In this document: piece by piece, positions 1 to 9,241 of the stretch
Layout: each line of letters opens with the position of its first letter
Numbering within the stretch: the stretch's first letter is position 1
Assembly (NCBI GenBank): GCA_015062445.1
Contig: SUUQ01000005.1
Span: forward strand, 1,668-65,667
DNA length: 64,000 nucleotides
DNA from: Alphaproteobacteria bacterium
Lineage (GTDB): Bacteria; Pseudomonadota; Alphaproteobacteria; Rs-D84
Reading direction: 5' to 3'
The notes under the pieces: generated by a model
Databases searched by the model: none
What the model was told of the DNA's origin: nothing
What the model saw: the letters and a program-made list of their open reading frames with translations, nothing else
Translations under genes and position numbers: made by a program

Positions 1-8
1 TGGGCGAA

Positions 9-857
9 ATGCCGCCGCAGATTCGCGCAATGGCGCCCGATACAGATATTGCCCATGCGACATCTGAATTTATTTCGTTTATGACGACACTGGCCGCTGA
101 ATTTCATCGACAACTGGCGGATGGGCTGGATAAAGACAAGATTAAATTGACTGCCCCTGGCCAGTTATTTGGTCATGATGTAAAACTGGATTATGTTGCA
201 TCTGGTTCGGTTGGATCGGTCTATAAAATCCAAATTGGCGAACATGCATTTGCGTTCAAGATAAATCGCAATTCATCGCATGGCGAATTGACTGTTATGT
301 CCTTGCAGAAGCATGCCCGTGGTTTGGTAAACCGGATGCATATCGGTCATGTTTTTGAATATGGCGGGCGCAAGTATTCATGGGTGTTGTCGGATTTCAT
401 TGAAAACAATCGCACAGACAGTTTTGAATCAGCAATGGAAAAGATGTATTTTTTGTATCTGACCCGTGGCCTGACTGTCAAGGACGCACATCCCGGCAAT
501 TTCAAAGACGGTATGTTGATAGACACCCCATCACTGTCTGTGCGTAACGGCATGATTGATGATATAAAAAATCTGACCCGTATTCAGTTAGACATGGTTA
601 AAAAATTGGCATACTATATCAAGACTGACGATATGCCTGCATTTCGTGCTATGGTTGACCGTGCACTAAAATCGAACCCCAGTGTCATAGAGTATATGTT
701 CTTTGCGATGAAGTATGCACGTGGTGCCACTTTTCGTGTTGGCAAGACTGATGATTTTGCCATCCGCCTGCATAAATTCGAAGGCATCATAAATTCTGCC
801 TACAAGAATTTCAGACCTGTTGCCTTGGCACCCCAGCATTTACGACCAGGAAAATAA
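9..857 (+). CDS. Atypical kinase-like protein (aminoglycoside/choline-kinase-like fold); may be truncated at the window edge
   Basis: 282-aa ORF. It has a Gly-rich loop 'GSVGSVYK', a Lys in 'AFAFKI', a Brenner-type catalytic motif 'KDAHPGNF' (DxHPGN) and a downstream 'LIDT'. There is no signal peptide. The frame is open to the window start. Confidence 0.45.
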   Translation: MPPQIRAMAPDTDIAHATSEFISFMTTLAAEFHRQLADGLDKDKIKLTAPGQLFGHDVKLDYVASGSVGSVYKIQIGEHAFAFKINRNSSHGELTVMSLQKHARGLVNRMHIGHVFEYGGRKYSWVLSDFIENNRTDSFESAMEKMYFLYLTRGLTVKDAHPGNFKDGMLIDTPSLSVRNGMIDDIKNLTRIQLDMVKKLAYYIKTDDMPAFRAMVDRALKSNPSVIEYMFFAMKYARGATFRVGKTDDFAIRLHKFEGIINSAYKNFRPVALAPQHLRPGK

Positions 858-875
858 ACAAATTGATTTTTTTTG

Positions 876-903
876 TTGACAATTATACATATGCGTATAA
901 AAT
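876..903 (+). promoter_or_regulatory. Putative sigma70 promoter (-35 TTGACA, 16-nt spacer, -10 TAAAAT) upstream of the small ORF 937..1170
   Basis: TTGACA at 876-881 and TAAAAT at 898-903, in an AT-rich intergenic region. Confidence 0.3.
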
Positions 904-936
904 ACGTACCCCATAATTAATAACAAAGGCAATGTT

Positions 937-1170
937 ATGTCAATGACAGAACTGGATAAATTTGAATATAAACAATCGCGCGTTATATTGCATGCGGTTG
1001 ACGATGAGTATGTTGTATCCACTGCCCAGCGGATTCGTTTGGACGTAGTGTTGCGTTCAACAACCACGCACAAGGACTATCAAGATGCCCTGGACAAGTT
1101 TAATGCGCACCGTGCAACCATTCGTCAGCATCGCCGTTGTGCAGGTGCAACACTGGAAGTTCACCGTTAA
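937..1170 (+). CDS. Hypothetical small protein (77 aa)
   Basis: ORF preceded by a promoter-like sequence and an AT-rich RBS region. No recognisable motif. Confidence 0.3.
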   Translation: MSMTELDKFEYKQSRVILHAVDDEYVVSTAQRIRLDVVLRSTTTHKDYQDALDKFNAHRATIRQHRRCAGATLEVHR

Positions 1171-1251
1171 TATTATTCAATATATCGCCCTGTTTCGGGC
1201 GATATATTTGTTGAATAATGTTAATCATGAACGTAATAACAGGATGCAGAC

Positions 1252-1641
1252 ATGTATGCAATAAATCCAATGGATATATATTATCAGTCGATTGGTGCCA
1301 TAAAATGGTACGAACACGAAAACGGCTGTGTTACTTTAACTGGCACTGACGGTGTTTATGCTGTGAATATTGTCAAGCAAACCAGTTCATTCAGTGAACG
1401 GCATATCAGCCGTGGTCGTCTGGATGTATTGGCTGCAGATGAGTTTTATAACATTGCCTGTCGTTATCTGCGTGATGAAATCAAGTGGACCGAGCCAACA
1501 CGAAAATTCACCTGCAAATATAATCCGAACCGGTCCCGTGGCTGCACACCCCAGAATTGTCCCCGCTGTTTGGGTGGTTCTGCATACTGGGAAATATTTG
1601 CCAAAAGTTGTCCGCATCGCACAAATGGTCGCCAACGATAA
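1252..1641 (+). CDS. Hypothetical protein (129 aa, Cys-containing 'CPRC' motif)
   Basis: ORF with a plausible start after 'acaggatgcagac'. No family recognised. It overlaps the alternative-frame ORF 1370..1681, which is rejected. Confidence 0.35.
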   Translation: MYAINPMDIYYQSIGAIKWYEHENGCVTLTGTDGVYAVNIVKQTSSFSERHISRGRLDVLAADEFYNIACRYLRDEIKWTEPTRKFTCKYNPNRSRGCTPQNCPRCLGGSAYWEIFAKSCPHRTNGRQR

Positions 1642-1749
1642 TTTTTTAATTGCAATACAGATAAACACTTTGTTAAAGTAATAACCAGGACCAGGGTCCA
1701 GAAAGGAGAAAATCTACACGCCGTTTAATTGTCCTTTGCGGCGTGTTTT

Positions 1750-2244
1750 TTATATAATAATCCCCAGTGTATATTTTGCCAGCTCGCCAATTATAAACGA
1801 TATGATTGACACGCCTGTGCAGATAATCAGCATTTCGATTGCGTGTCGCCAAAATGGTTGTCTGTGCATATTTCTGATACACCAATTGCAACCGAAAATA
1901 ATAATTATTGCCATCCCAAACGATACCGCCAGTGCGACATGCGTATTTTTTATCAGAACAAATGGTGCGATTAAAAATGCACATGTTCCCAGGTATGACA
2001 TTCCTGTGGTTAATCCGGCCTGCAACGCAAATGGATTATCATTTGTTTTTTCTGCTAAATAGTTTGATGCCCCCATTGACAGTCCTGCTGCCACAGATGC
2101 AATGATTGCGGACAGTATAATCAGTTTTCGTTCTGCTAATGCGAATGTCAGTCCACCAATCATCCCCGTCAGTGAAACCAGTGCATCATGCATTCCCAAC
2201 ACGATTGCCCCTGCACAAGATTTATTTTTCATGCTGCACAACAT
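1750..2244 (-). CDS. VIT1/CCC1-family (vacuolar iron transporter-like) membrane protein
   Basis: Multi-TM 164-aa protein. Motifs 'GMHDALVSLTGMIGG' and 'FLIAPFVL' match the conserved TM signatures of the CCC1/VIT/nodulin-21 family. Confidence 0.5.
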   Translation of the reverse strand: MLCSMKNKSCAGAIVLGMHDALVSLTGMIGGLTFALAERKLIILSAIIASVAAGLSMGASNYLAEKTNDNPFALQAGLTTGMSYLGTCAFLIAPFVLIKNTHVALAVSFGMAIIIIFGCNWCIRNMHRQPFWRHAIEMLIICTGVSIISFIIGELAKYTLGIII

Positions 2245-2347
2245 ATCAGATATTTATACAGATCTTCCACAGGAATAAAAACAATTGACCCGACATGGTG
2301 AATTCTTTACTCTGTTTCACGCACAAGGTAAAAAGGGGATTATTATC

Positions 2348-2983
2348 ATGGCAAAAAATGCAGTTTTGAACGGTACCACTGAACGTCAGTTTTTAATAGA
2401 TGTTGCATGTATATTGCAACGCAGTGATTTATCAAATTTAGATTTGCGCACAACCGAAGGGCCAGAAAAATATCACAGAACCCACAATGCCTTGATTGAT
2501 AATTACGAGATTTCTATTTCTCGTACCCCTGTATACGGTTTCCAGACACCTTTGCACCAGTTGTTGGGGATTGGGGAATGGATGTTGTCTGCAGACCGAT
2601 ACGAACGTTTTGAGGTTTGTATTTGTGAAAACATGTACAGCATTCGTTTTCAAGAGACACCGTTTTCCAATATATTAAAAAACAATCGGAATGTGATAAT
2701 GCATCACGGTACCATGTCGAATTCCAGTGGATATTATCGTGCATCGGCCCATCAGAAACGTGGCTTAACATCGTCCATGCGAAATGATTTGTACCATGCT
2801 GCGAATTGCCATTTGTTCGAGCCGTGCCGGGATATTTATCAGTTGCTGGATGCCGAAAGTATGCGTCGCAGACTGGCAGCTACATGCAATCTGGCACCTG
2901 TGATACACAAATCAACCGACATCCCATCTGCCCAGCAACGCATGTTATCGTGTATAGAGCAGCATTTATTGAAAACCAAATAA
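2348..2983 (+). CDS. Hypothetical protein, paralog A of a tandem pair
   Basis: Start chosen at MAKNAVL with RBS 'aaaagggga'. Shares 'HNALIDNYEIxISRTPVY...P...LL..G.W....RYERFEV.I.EN' and 'YY' and 'NQHLF.P...YQLLD.E' with the next gene. Confidence 0.6.
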   Translation: MAKNAVLNGTTERQFLIDVACILQRSDLSNLDLRTTEGPEKYHRTHNALIDNYEISISRTPVYGFQTPLHQLLGIGEWMLSADRYERFEVCICENMYSIRFQETPFSNILKNNRNVIMHHGTMSNSSGYYRASAHQKRGLTSSMRNDLYHAANCHLFEPCRDIYQLLDAESMRRRLAATCNLAPVIHKSTDIPSAQQRMLSCIEQHLLKTK

Positions 2984-3040
2984 ATATTGAATTTTACATT
3001 TATTGGTCTATAGTGATTGCACACTAATAAAGGTAAAACG

Positions 3041-3673
3041 ATGTCAAAACGACATGATACACGATTGACACCTGCCCAACAGTCTCAACAGGAATTTATG
3101 ACAGGGCTGGTTAATGTTCTGGCGCACAGTGATTTGTCAAAAATGGATTTAAGTGCGCTGGTAAACGAACACAATGCATACAGTGCATTGATTGACAACT
3201 ATGAAATAATGATAACACGTACACCTGTGTATGCATACCCAACACCAATCAGACGTTTGTTGTGTTGCGGGAATTGGGTTTTTGAACCTGGTCTGTATGA
3301 ACGTTACGAAGTCAGAATTTTTGAAAATCCAAAAAACATGCGTCTGCACCAGTGTGTCAGCATGTTCGGTCGTGCCAACACGCACTTTAACACGGTACTG
3401 GAATACGGCACGATGTCGACAAACCGTGGGTATTATCTGTGCAATAAATATGAATGGCAAAATACAACAGACCCTGAAAATATGTACAATCGCCAGAACC
3501 AGCATTTGTTTGTTCCATCTAAGCAGTTATACAATATACTGGACAGTGAATACAACACCCGTGCATCTCGTGCGGTTGATTATAAATTATCAGACGCATC
3601 AGATTTTGGTGCGATGTATGGTCGTATGTTGCAAACTGTTCGTAATAAATATTTCGGCGAAAACAGCAAATAA
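3041..3673 (+). CDS. Hypothetical protein, paralog B of a tandem pair
   Basis: Start at MSKRHD with RBS 'aaaggtaaaacg'. Collinear similarity over its full length to 2348..2983. Confidence 0.6.
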   Translation: MSKRHDTRLTPAQQSQQEFMTGLVNVLAHSDLSKMDLSALVNEHNAYSALIDNYEIMITRTPVYAYPTPIRRLLCCGNWVFEPGLYERYEVRIFENPKNMRLHQCVSMFGRANTHFNTVLEYGTMSTNRGYYLCNKYEWQNTTDPENMYNRQNQHLFVPSKQLYNILDSEYNTRASRAVDYKLSDASDFGAMYGRMLQTVRNKYFGENSK

Positions 3674-3707
3674 AAATCTGCCACCAAATTTGGTGGTTTT
3701 TTTTTAT
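3672..3707 (+). terminator. Rho-independent terminator
   Basis: Perfect palindrome 'ccaccaaatttggtgg' (3681-3696) followed by a T10 run. Confidence 0.7.
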
Positions 3708-3712
3708 TTGCA

Positions 3713-4678
3713 TTGATTTATGAAAATATTCTATTCTGTACCCGCAATGTCCACAAGGGGGAAAAAGTGACACCTGAATTTGAACAGCGCTTATTATCCA
3801 TGCGCCCTGATGCGCCACGCACAGTTGCGTTGGCAAATGCGACCGATGTGCATGCGTTGGCATCATTAATTACAGCCCATAAAATGGGTTTTATAAATGC
3901 GATATTATGTGGGGATACGGCCGATGTTAAATCTGTCGCTGTGCGACATGACTTAGATATCTCGACATTTGAAATTGTGCACTGTGAATCCGATTTGGCC
4001 GCAGCGGATACGGCGGTATCCCTGGTTCGTGACGGTCATGCTGATATATTAATGAAGGGCCAAATTCATACCGCAGATATCCTAAGGGCGGTGTTAAATC
4101 GTGAAACAGGTATTCGTGGTGACGGGATATTGTCGCACGTTGCGGTTGTATATTCGCCTACATACCAGCGTCAGTTATTTATGACGGACATTGCGATGGT
4201 TATGTACCCCAGTTTAGAACAAAAGGTTGACCTGATAAGAAATGCGGTATCATTTGCCCGCCACATGGGTGTTGCGATGCCACGTGTTGCGCCCCTGTGT
4301 GCGGTTGAAACACTAAATCCGAAAATGCAGGCGACTGTTGATGCGGCGGCATTGCGCACGATGAATATTGATGGCAAAATCACAGATTGTATTGTATCTG
4401 GTCCGATTGCGTTTGACTTGGCGGTGTCCTCTGACGCTGTTCGTGCCAAGGGTTTTTCAGGGCCGGTTGCGGGTGATGCAGACATACTGCTGTTTCATAA
4501 TATCGAAGCGGGCAATAACACGATTAAGGCCATGGTAAATTTTGGCGATTGGTTTTTTGGTGGTGTTGTACTAGGGGCACGTGCACCGATTGTTATAAAT
4601 TCACGTTCTGATTCAGAACAATCGAAATTGTATTCAGTGTGCTGTGCATGTACGATGCGAAAATCACATGTTCGGTAA
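3713..4678 (+). CDS. Phosphate acetyl/butyryl-transferase family protein (Pta/Ptb)
   Basis: 'TVALANATDVHAL', 'DILMKGQIHTADILRAV' and 'GILSHVAVV' resemble the PTA_PTB family. The track start is TTG. A GTG at about 3766 with RBS 'aagggggaaaaa' is the more likely start. Confidence 0.65.
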   Translation: MIYENILFCTRNVHKGEKVTPEFEQRLLSMRPDAPRTVALANATDVHALASLITAHKMGFINAILCGDTADVKSVAVRHDLDISTFEIVHCESDLAAADTAVSLVRDGHADILMKGQIHTADILRAVLNRETGIRGDGILSHVAVVYSPTYQRQLFMTDIAMVMYPSLEQKVDLIRNAVSFARHMGVAMPRVAPLCAVETLNPKMQATVDAAALRTMNIDGKITDCIVSGPIAFDLAVSSDAVRAKGFSGPVAGDADILLFHNIEAGNNTIKAMVNFGDWFFGGVVLGARAPIVINSRSDSEQSKLYSVCCACTMRKSHVR

Positions 4679-5656
4679 TACGAATATTTCCATATTTGTA
4701 TCGCCATACAAAGAACTGCCTGTATACTTGTAAAATTTATCCAGCGGATTCACGACCGAGTATTGAACGTCATTATCCGTCTTGATTTGCAGTGTTCCAT
4801 TTTGTATGCGCGTTGTCATATCTGCATACCACACCCTGTTATCGTCTGATGTTTTTATATTCAGTGCTGGTGTTGTGTTTTTATATGGGTACAGTGTGAT
4901 TGCGACATCTGTTCCAGCATACAGTGTGCGTGTTGCTACACAGTCTGAAATATCATCTGCACAGTTTCCATATCCGCATGTTTGTGTGCCGGCTGGACAC
5001 GGGTATCGGGCCAGGTCGCCATCTGGTGACCAGTATCCATACCCAACAGGTTGACACGATTGATATGGTACGTATCCGGCCACCCATTTGCCGTTTCGTA
5101 CGTCATAAAATCCCGCATCGCACGTGACCAGTTGCAGTCCGTTGATGCAACCCTGTCCATTTAGTGATTCGGGGCCGTACACTGCATTGCCGTCTGTTCC
5201 ACTGATATAATAGCATGCTGTATAACCTGTGCCGTGCGAATTTGTTAACCTTGCCCCATTGTAATTTTCAGATGGTGGTTTGTACGGCCACACGGATATC
5301 CTGGTTAATATTTTGCTGCAATAACATTTTGTAATACTGTCATGTGCCCCAATTTTGGCATTGCTGGGATAGTCTATGATGCCAATGCATGCCGGCGAAG
5401 ACGGGCATCTTTTTAGATTGTTTCCTGATTGTTCGCCATAAACAACCGTATGTGTTTCTGAATAATATGCCCCAATAGAATCCGGTATTTGTTTACATGG
5501 TTGGCCGGCGGTGGATACAAAGTATCCTGCTTCACATACTGTTTTGCACAGACCGCTGTCATCAATTATTGAATATCCATCTGCGCAATCTGCGAACGCA
5601 TTTGATGTACACGTTCCCAATACCAGTACAAACATTAAAATTTTCATATGTATCAT
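4664..5656 (-). CDS. Secreted cysteine-rich protein (signal peptide MIHMKILMFVLVLGTCTSNAFA)
   Basis: The long ORF 4664..5815 is trimmed to the internal Met that begins a classic signal peptide. The mature part is very Cys/Gly/Tyr-rich with repeated 'C..GY' units. Confidence 0.6.
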   Translation of the reverse strand: MIHMKILMFVLVLGTCTSNAFADCADGYSIIDDSGLCKTVCEAGYFVSTAGQPCKQIPDSIGAYYSETHTVVYGEQSGNNLKRCPSSPACIGIIDYPSNAKIGAHDSITKCYCSKILTRISVWPYKPPSENYNGARLTNSHGTGYTACYYISGTDGNAVYGPESLNGQGCINGLQLVTCDAGFYDVRNGKWVAGYVPYQSCQPVGYGYWSPDGDLARYPCPAGTQTCGYGNCADDISDCVATRTLYAGTDVAITLYPYKNTTPALNIKTSDDNRVWYADMTTRIQNGTLQIKTDNDVQYSVVNPLDKFYKYTGSSLYGDTNMEIFVLPNM

Positions 5657-6048
5657 ATTGCCCCCCGTGCTAAGAATTAAAGAAAACCACCAAAAATTTG
5701 GTGGTCGGGAAGTTAGAAAAATCATAAACACGAATGACCCTGTGGCCTTTGGTAAAAACCTGTTGTATAGCCACAGCTTCCCGACACGCAATTGTCGGGA
5801 CAAAAACAACGGCACAAATGTGCCGACATTTTATGTCGGATTCAGTGCAATAAATCGCACTGCGTGTTTATGGGATTTTCTAAGTCCCGAATCCACATCC
5901 CTGCAGATTCAAAAAAATTATAGCACATTACCCCTTCAAACACAAGGTGAACCGATAAATATTAAAAAAGTGCCGATTTTTTTCTTGCAATTATGTGTAT
6001 CATGCCCCACAATCGTCTGGCCTTAAATTTTTATTAAAAGGAGAACTT

Positions 6049-8709
6049 ATGACTAATAAATGGGTATATACCTTTGGCAACGGCCAGGCCGAAGGCCAGG
6101 CAGATATGCGAAATCTGCTGGGTGGTAAAGGTGCAAATTTGGCTGAAATGAACTTGGTTGGTTTGCCTGTTCCTGCGGGTTTTACAGTAACGACCGATGT
6201 GTGTAAATATTACTATGATAACAATCAGACATATCCATCTGATTTAATGGACCAGGTACGTGCCGGTATTGCGCATGTTGAATCCATTATGGGTAAAAAG
6301 TTTGCAGACATGGAAAATCCATTATTGGTATCTGTGCGTTCTGGTGCACGTGTATCAATGCCTGGGATGATGGACACAGTTTTGAATTTGGGTTTGAATG
6401 ACGAAACAGTTTGTGCATTGGCGAAAATTTCTGGTAACGAACGTTTTGCATATGATTCATATCGCCGCTTTATTATGATGTTCAGCGAAGTTGTGATGGG
6501 TGCAGATATTGACCTGTTCGAACACACACTGGAACGTATGAAGGAAGACAAGGGCTATAAACTGGATACAGAATTGACAGCCGAAGATTTGAAAGAATTG
6601 GTTGAAAAATTCAAAGAAATCGGTGTCAAGATTGGCAAAGTATTCCCACAAGACCCATGGAAACAGTTGGAAATGGGTATCGGTGCGGTTTTCGGCTCGT
6701 GGATGAGTAAAAAGGCCATTACATATCGTAAATTGAACAATATCCCTGCTGATTGGGGTACCGCAGTTAACGTCCAGGCAATGGTATTTGGTAATTCTGG
6801 CGATGATTCTGCAACTGGCGTATGTTTCAGCCGTGACCCAGCCACAGGTGAAAATAAATACTATGGTGAATACTTGATTAATGCCCAGGGCGAAGACGTT
6901 GTTGCGGGTATTCGCACCCCACAACCGATGAGCAAGGATGATTCCGGCCGCCTGTCATTGGAAGAAGCAATGCCAGCGGTATATCAGGAACTGTGTGATG
7001 TTCGTGAAAAATTGGAACAGCACTATAAAGACATGCAGGACATGGAATTTACCATCGAACATGGGAAACTGTGGATGTTACAGTGCCGTAATGGTAAACG
7101 TACTGCGGCGGCTGCGGTCCGTATGGCGGTTGAAATGGTGTCCGAAGGCCTGTTGACCAAAGAAGAGGCAATCTTGCGTGTTGGTGCGGACCAACTGGAC
7201 CATTTGCTGCACCCAATGCTGGACCCCAAGGCGGAAAAGAAAGTTATCGCAACTGGTCTGCCTGCATCGCCTGGTGCGGCTGTAGGTATGGCTGTATTTA
7301 ATGCCGAAGACGCAGAAAAATGGGCGGCCGCCGGTAAAAAGGTTATGTTAATCCGTATCGAAACATCACCCGAAGACATCGCCGGTATGAACGCAGCCCA
7401 GGGTGTTATCACCGCCCGTGGTGGTATGACATCACATGCCGCTGTGGTTGCCCGTGGTATGGGTACACCATGCGTATCAGGTTCGCCTGACATCAAAATC
7501 GACTATGAATCCAAGACATTAAAGACAACATCTGGTGTTGTAATTAACGAAGGCGATTGGATTTCTATTGATGGTGCCAAGGGGCAAATTATCGAAGGAA
7601 AAATCCCAACAGTATCTGTTGAATTGACTGGTAACTTTGGCACATTGATGCAGTGGGTTGACGAAATCAAAACATTGACGGTCAAGGCCAATGCCGAAAC
7701 ACCAAAAGATGCCAAACAGGCACGTGACTTTGGCGCCGAAGGTATTGGTTTGGCACGTACAGAACACATGTTCTTTGACCCATCCCGTATCCAGGATATG
7801 CGTGAAATGATTCTGGCCGAAGACGAAACCGGGCGCCGTGCGGCATTGGCAAAATTGTTGCCATACCAGCGTGCTGACTTTATTGAACTGTTCAAGATTA
7901 TGGATGGTCTGCCGGTTACAGTTCGTCTGATTGACCCACCATTACATGAATTCTTGCCACACACCGATGCAGAAATCGAAGAATTGGCATCGCATATCGG
8001 CAAATCTGTTGAATTCATTAAACAGCGTGCAGAACAGTTGCATGAACAGAACCCGATGTTGGGTCATCGTGGTTGCCGTCTGGCGATTACATACCCAGAA
8101 ATCTGTGAAATGCAAACACGTGCGATTTTGTCTGCTGCATTAGAGGTTAAAAAGGCAGGCATTCGTGTATTCCCAGAAATCGAAGTTCCATTGGTTGGTT
8201 CGAAAAAAGAAGTCGATATTGTCAAGGCAGTTATCGATGCCACCGCCCAATCATTGTTTGCAGAAACTGGTGAATCCGTTGAATACACAGTGGGTTCTAT
8301 GATTGAATTGCCACGTGCAGCGGTTCTGGCAAATGAAATCGCAGAAAGTTGTGAATTCTTTGAATTCGGCACCAACGACCTGACCCAGACAACATTGGGT
8401 ATGTCCCGTGACGACACGGCCAAGATTTTGGATGAATACCGTGCACGTGGTGTTTATGTTGCTGATCCATTTGCATCTGTTGACCAGGCCGGTGTTGGTC
8501 TGTTGATAAAAGATGCTGTGAAAAAGGCACGTGATACCAAGGGCGAACACATCCATCTGGGTGTATGTGGTGAACACGGTGGTGATCCAGAATCCATTAT
8601 GTTCTTCCACCAGTGTGGATTTAATTCGGTGTCATGTTCACCGTTCCGTGTGCCAATTGCACGTCTTGCGGCGGCCCAGGCAGCGGTCAAATACCCACGC
8701 AAGAACTAA
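6049..8709 (+). CDS. ppdK: Pyruvate, phosphate dikinase
   Basis: 'GGKGANLAEM', the PEP-utilising His domain 'GGMTSHAAVVARGMG', and a C-terminal PEP/pyruvate-binding TIM barrel. RBS 'aaaggagaa' precedes the ATG at 6049. Confidence 0.95.
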   Translation: MTNKWVYTFGNGQAEGQADMRNLLGGKGANLAEMNLVGLPVPAGFTVTTDVCKYYYDNNQTYPSDLMDQVRAGIAHVESIMGKKFADMENPLLVSVRSGARVSMPGMMDTVLNLGLNDETVCALAKISGNERFAYDSYRRFIMMFSEVVMGADIDLFEHTLERMKEDKGYKLDTELTAEDLKELVEKFKEIGVKIGKVFPQDPWKQLEMGIGAVFGSWMSKKAITYRKLNNIPADWGTAVNVQAMVFGNSGDDSATGVCFSRDPATGENKYYGEYLINAQGEDVVAGIRTPQPMSKDDSGRLSLEEAMPAVYQELCDVREKLEQHYKDMQDMEFTIEHGKLWMLQCRNGKRTAAAAVRMAVEMVSEGLLTKEEAILRVGADQLDHLLHPMLDPKAEKKVIATGLPASPGAAVGMAVFNAEDAEKWAAAGKKVMLIRIETSPEDIAGMNAAQGVITARGGMTSHAAVVARGMGTPCVSGSPDIKIDYESKTLKTTSGVVINEGDWISIDGAKGQIIEGKIPTVSVELTGNFGTLMQWVDEIKTLTVKANAETPKDAKQARDFGAEGIGLARTEHMFFDPSRIQDMREMILAEDETGRRAALAKLLPYQRADFIELFKIMDGLPVTVRLIDPPLHEFLPHTDAEIEELASHIGKSVEFIKQRAEQLHEQNPMLGHRGCRLAITYPEICEMQTRAILSAALEVKKAGIRVFPEIEVPLVGSKKEVDIVKAVIDATAQSLFAETGESVEYTVGSMIELPRAAVLANEIAESCEFFEFGTNDLTQTTLGMSRDDTAKILDEYRARGVYVADPFASVDQAGVGLLIKDAVKKARDTKGEHIHLGVCGEHGGDPESIMFFHQCGFNSVSCSPFRVPIARLAAAQAAVKYPRKN

Positions 8710-8713
8710 AACA

Positions 8714-8739
8714 AATCCCCCAATCGGGGGATTTTTTAT
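8714..8739 (+). terminator. Rho-independent terminator after ppdK
   Basis: Hairpin 'atcccccaatcgggggat' followed by a T6 run. Confidence 0.75.
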
Positions 8740-9143
8740 CTGGAAAATTCAACAGGTTTAATTGTTCTGCTTTTCTTATCTATTTCTATTTTTTGAATTA
8801 TCCACCGGTTATCTATTTTCTTTTCCGTTATTTTCAGTGGTGTTCCAGGGAAAAAGTCTGTCTGCAAAATATTTGGTCCGATAATTTGTGTCAGTATTGT
8901 ATCTTCCAGTCCATCTTTATCTGTATCCAGATACCACATCATGTATTTATTTTCGGAATTTATGATATAAACATCTGATTCACGTTTTGCGATAAAGTTT
9001 CCAACAATTTGTCTGGTGTCTGAAATTTGAACTTCTTTTTTTATTGACTCAGCATTATTTTTTGCTGGGGTTTTTGCGGGTGTACCTGTGCTGATTGCGG
9101 CGATTCCGCCCATAATAATGGCTTTTTTAATTTTACTGACCAT
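8736..9143 (-). CDS. Hypothetical secreted protein (135 aa)
   Basis: N-terminal signal-like 'MVSKIKKAIIMGGIAAISTG' and a Lys-rich region. No family recognised. Confidence 0.45.
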   Translation of the reverse strand: MVSKIKKAIIMGGIAAISTGTPAKTPAKNNAESIKKEVQISDTRQIVGNFIAKRESDVYIINSENKYMMWYLDTDKDGLEDTILTQIIGPNILQTDFFPGTPLKITEKKIDNRWIIQKIEIDKKSRTIKPVEFSR

Positions 9144-9241
9144 ATGCTATCTCCGTGGTACCCGTCTGTTTTTCATTATATCAGATAAAAATAACTAAAC
9201 AATTGCAAACCTGGCTTTTTTAGCATAAAATATTACACATT

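Noticed and set aside
1370-1681. 103-aa ORF overlapping the 1252-1641 ORF in another frame, plus the antisense ORFs 1387-1668 and 1464-1655
   Set aside because: They are mutually exclusive with the same-strand 129-aa ORF that has the better start context. None has a motif, and only one frame can be real.
5511-6026. 171-aa + strand ORF spanning the secreted-gene start and the ppdK upstream region
   Set aside because: It overlaps the N-terminus of the minus-strand secreted protein and the palindrome-rich intergenic region. It has a low-complexity translation and no RBS.
6225-8702. Several 80-170-aa minus-strand ORFs (6225-6551, 6457-6924, 7023-7496, 7503-8018, 8064-8423, 8251-8610)
   Set aside because: They lie entirely antisense within ppdK, which is strongly supported. 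They are shadow ORFs of a GC-skewed coding region.
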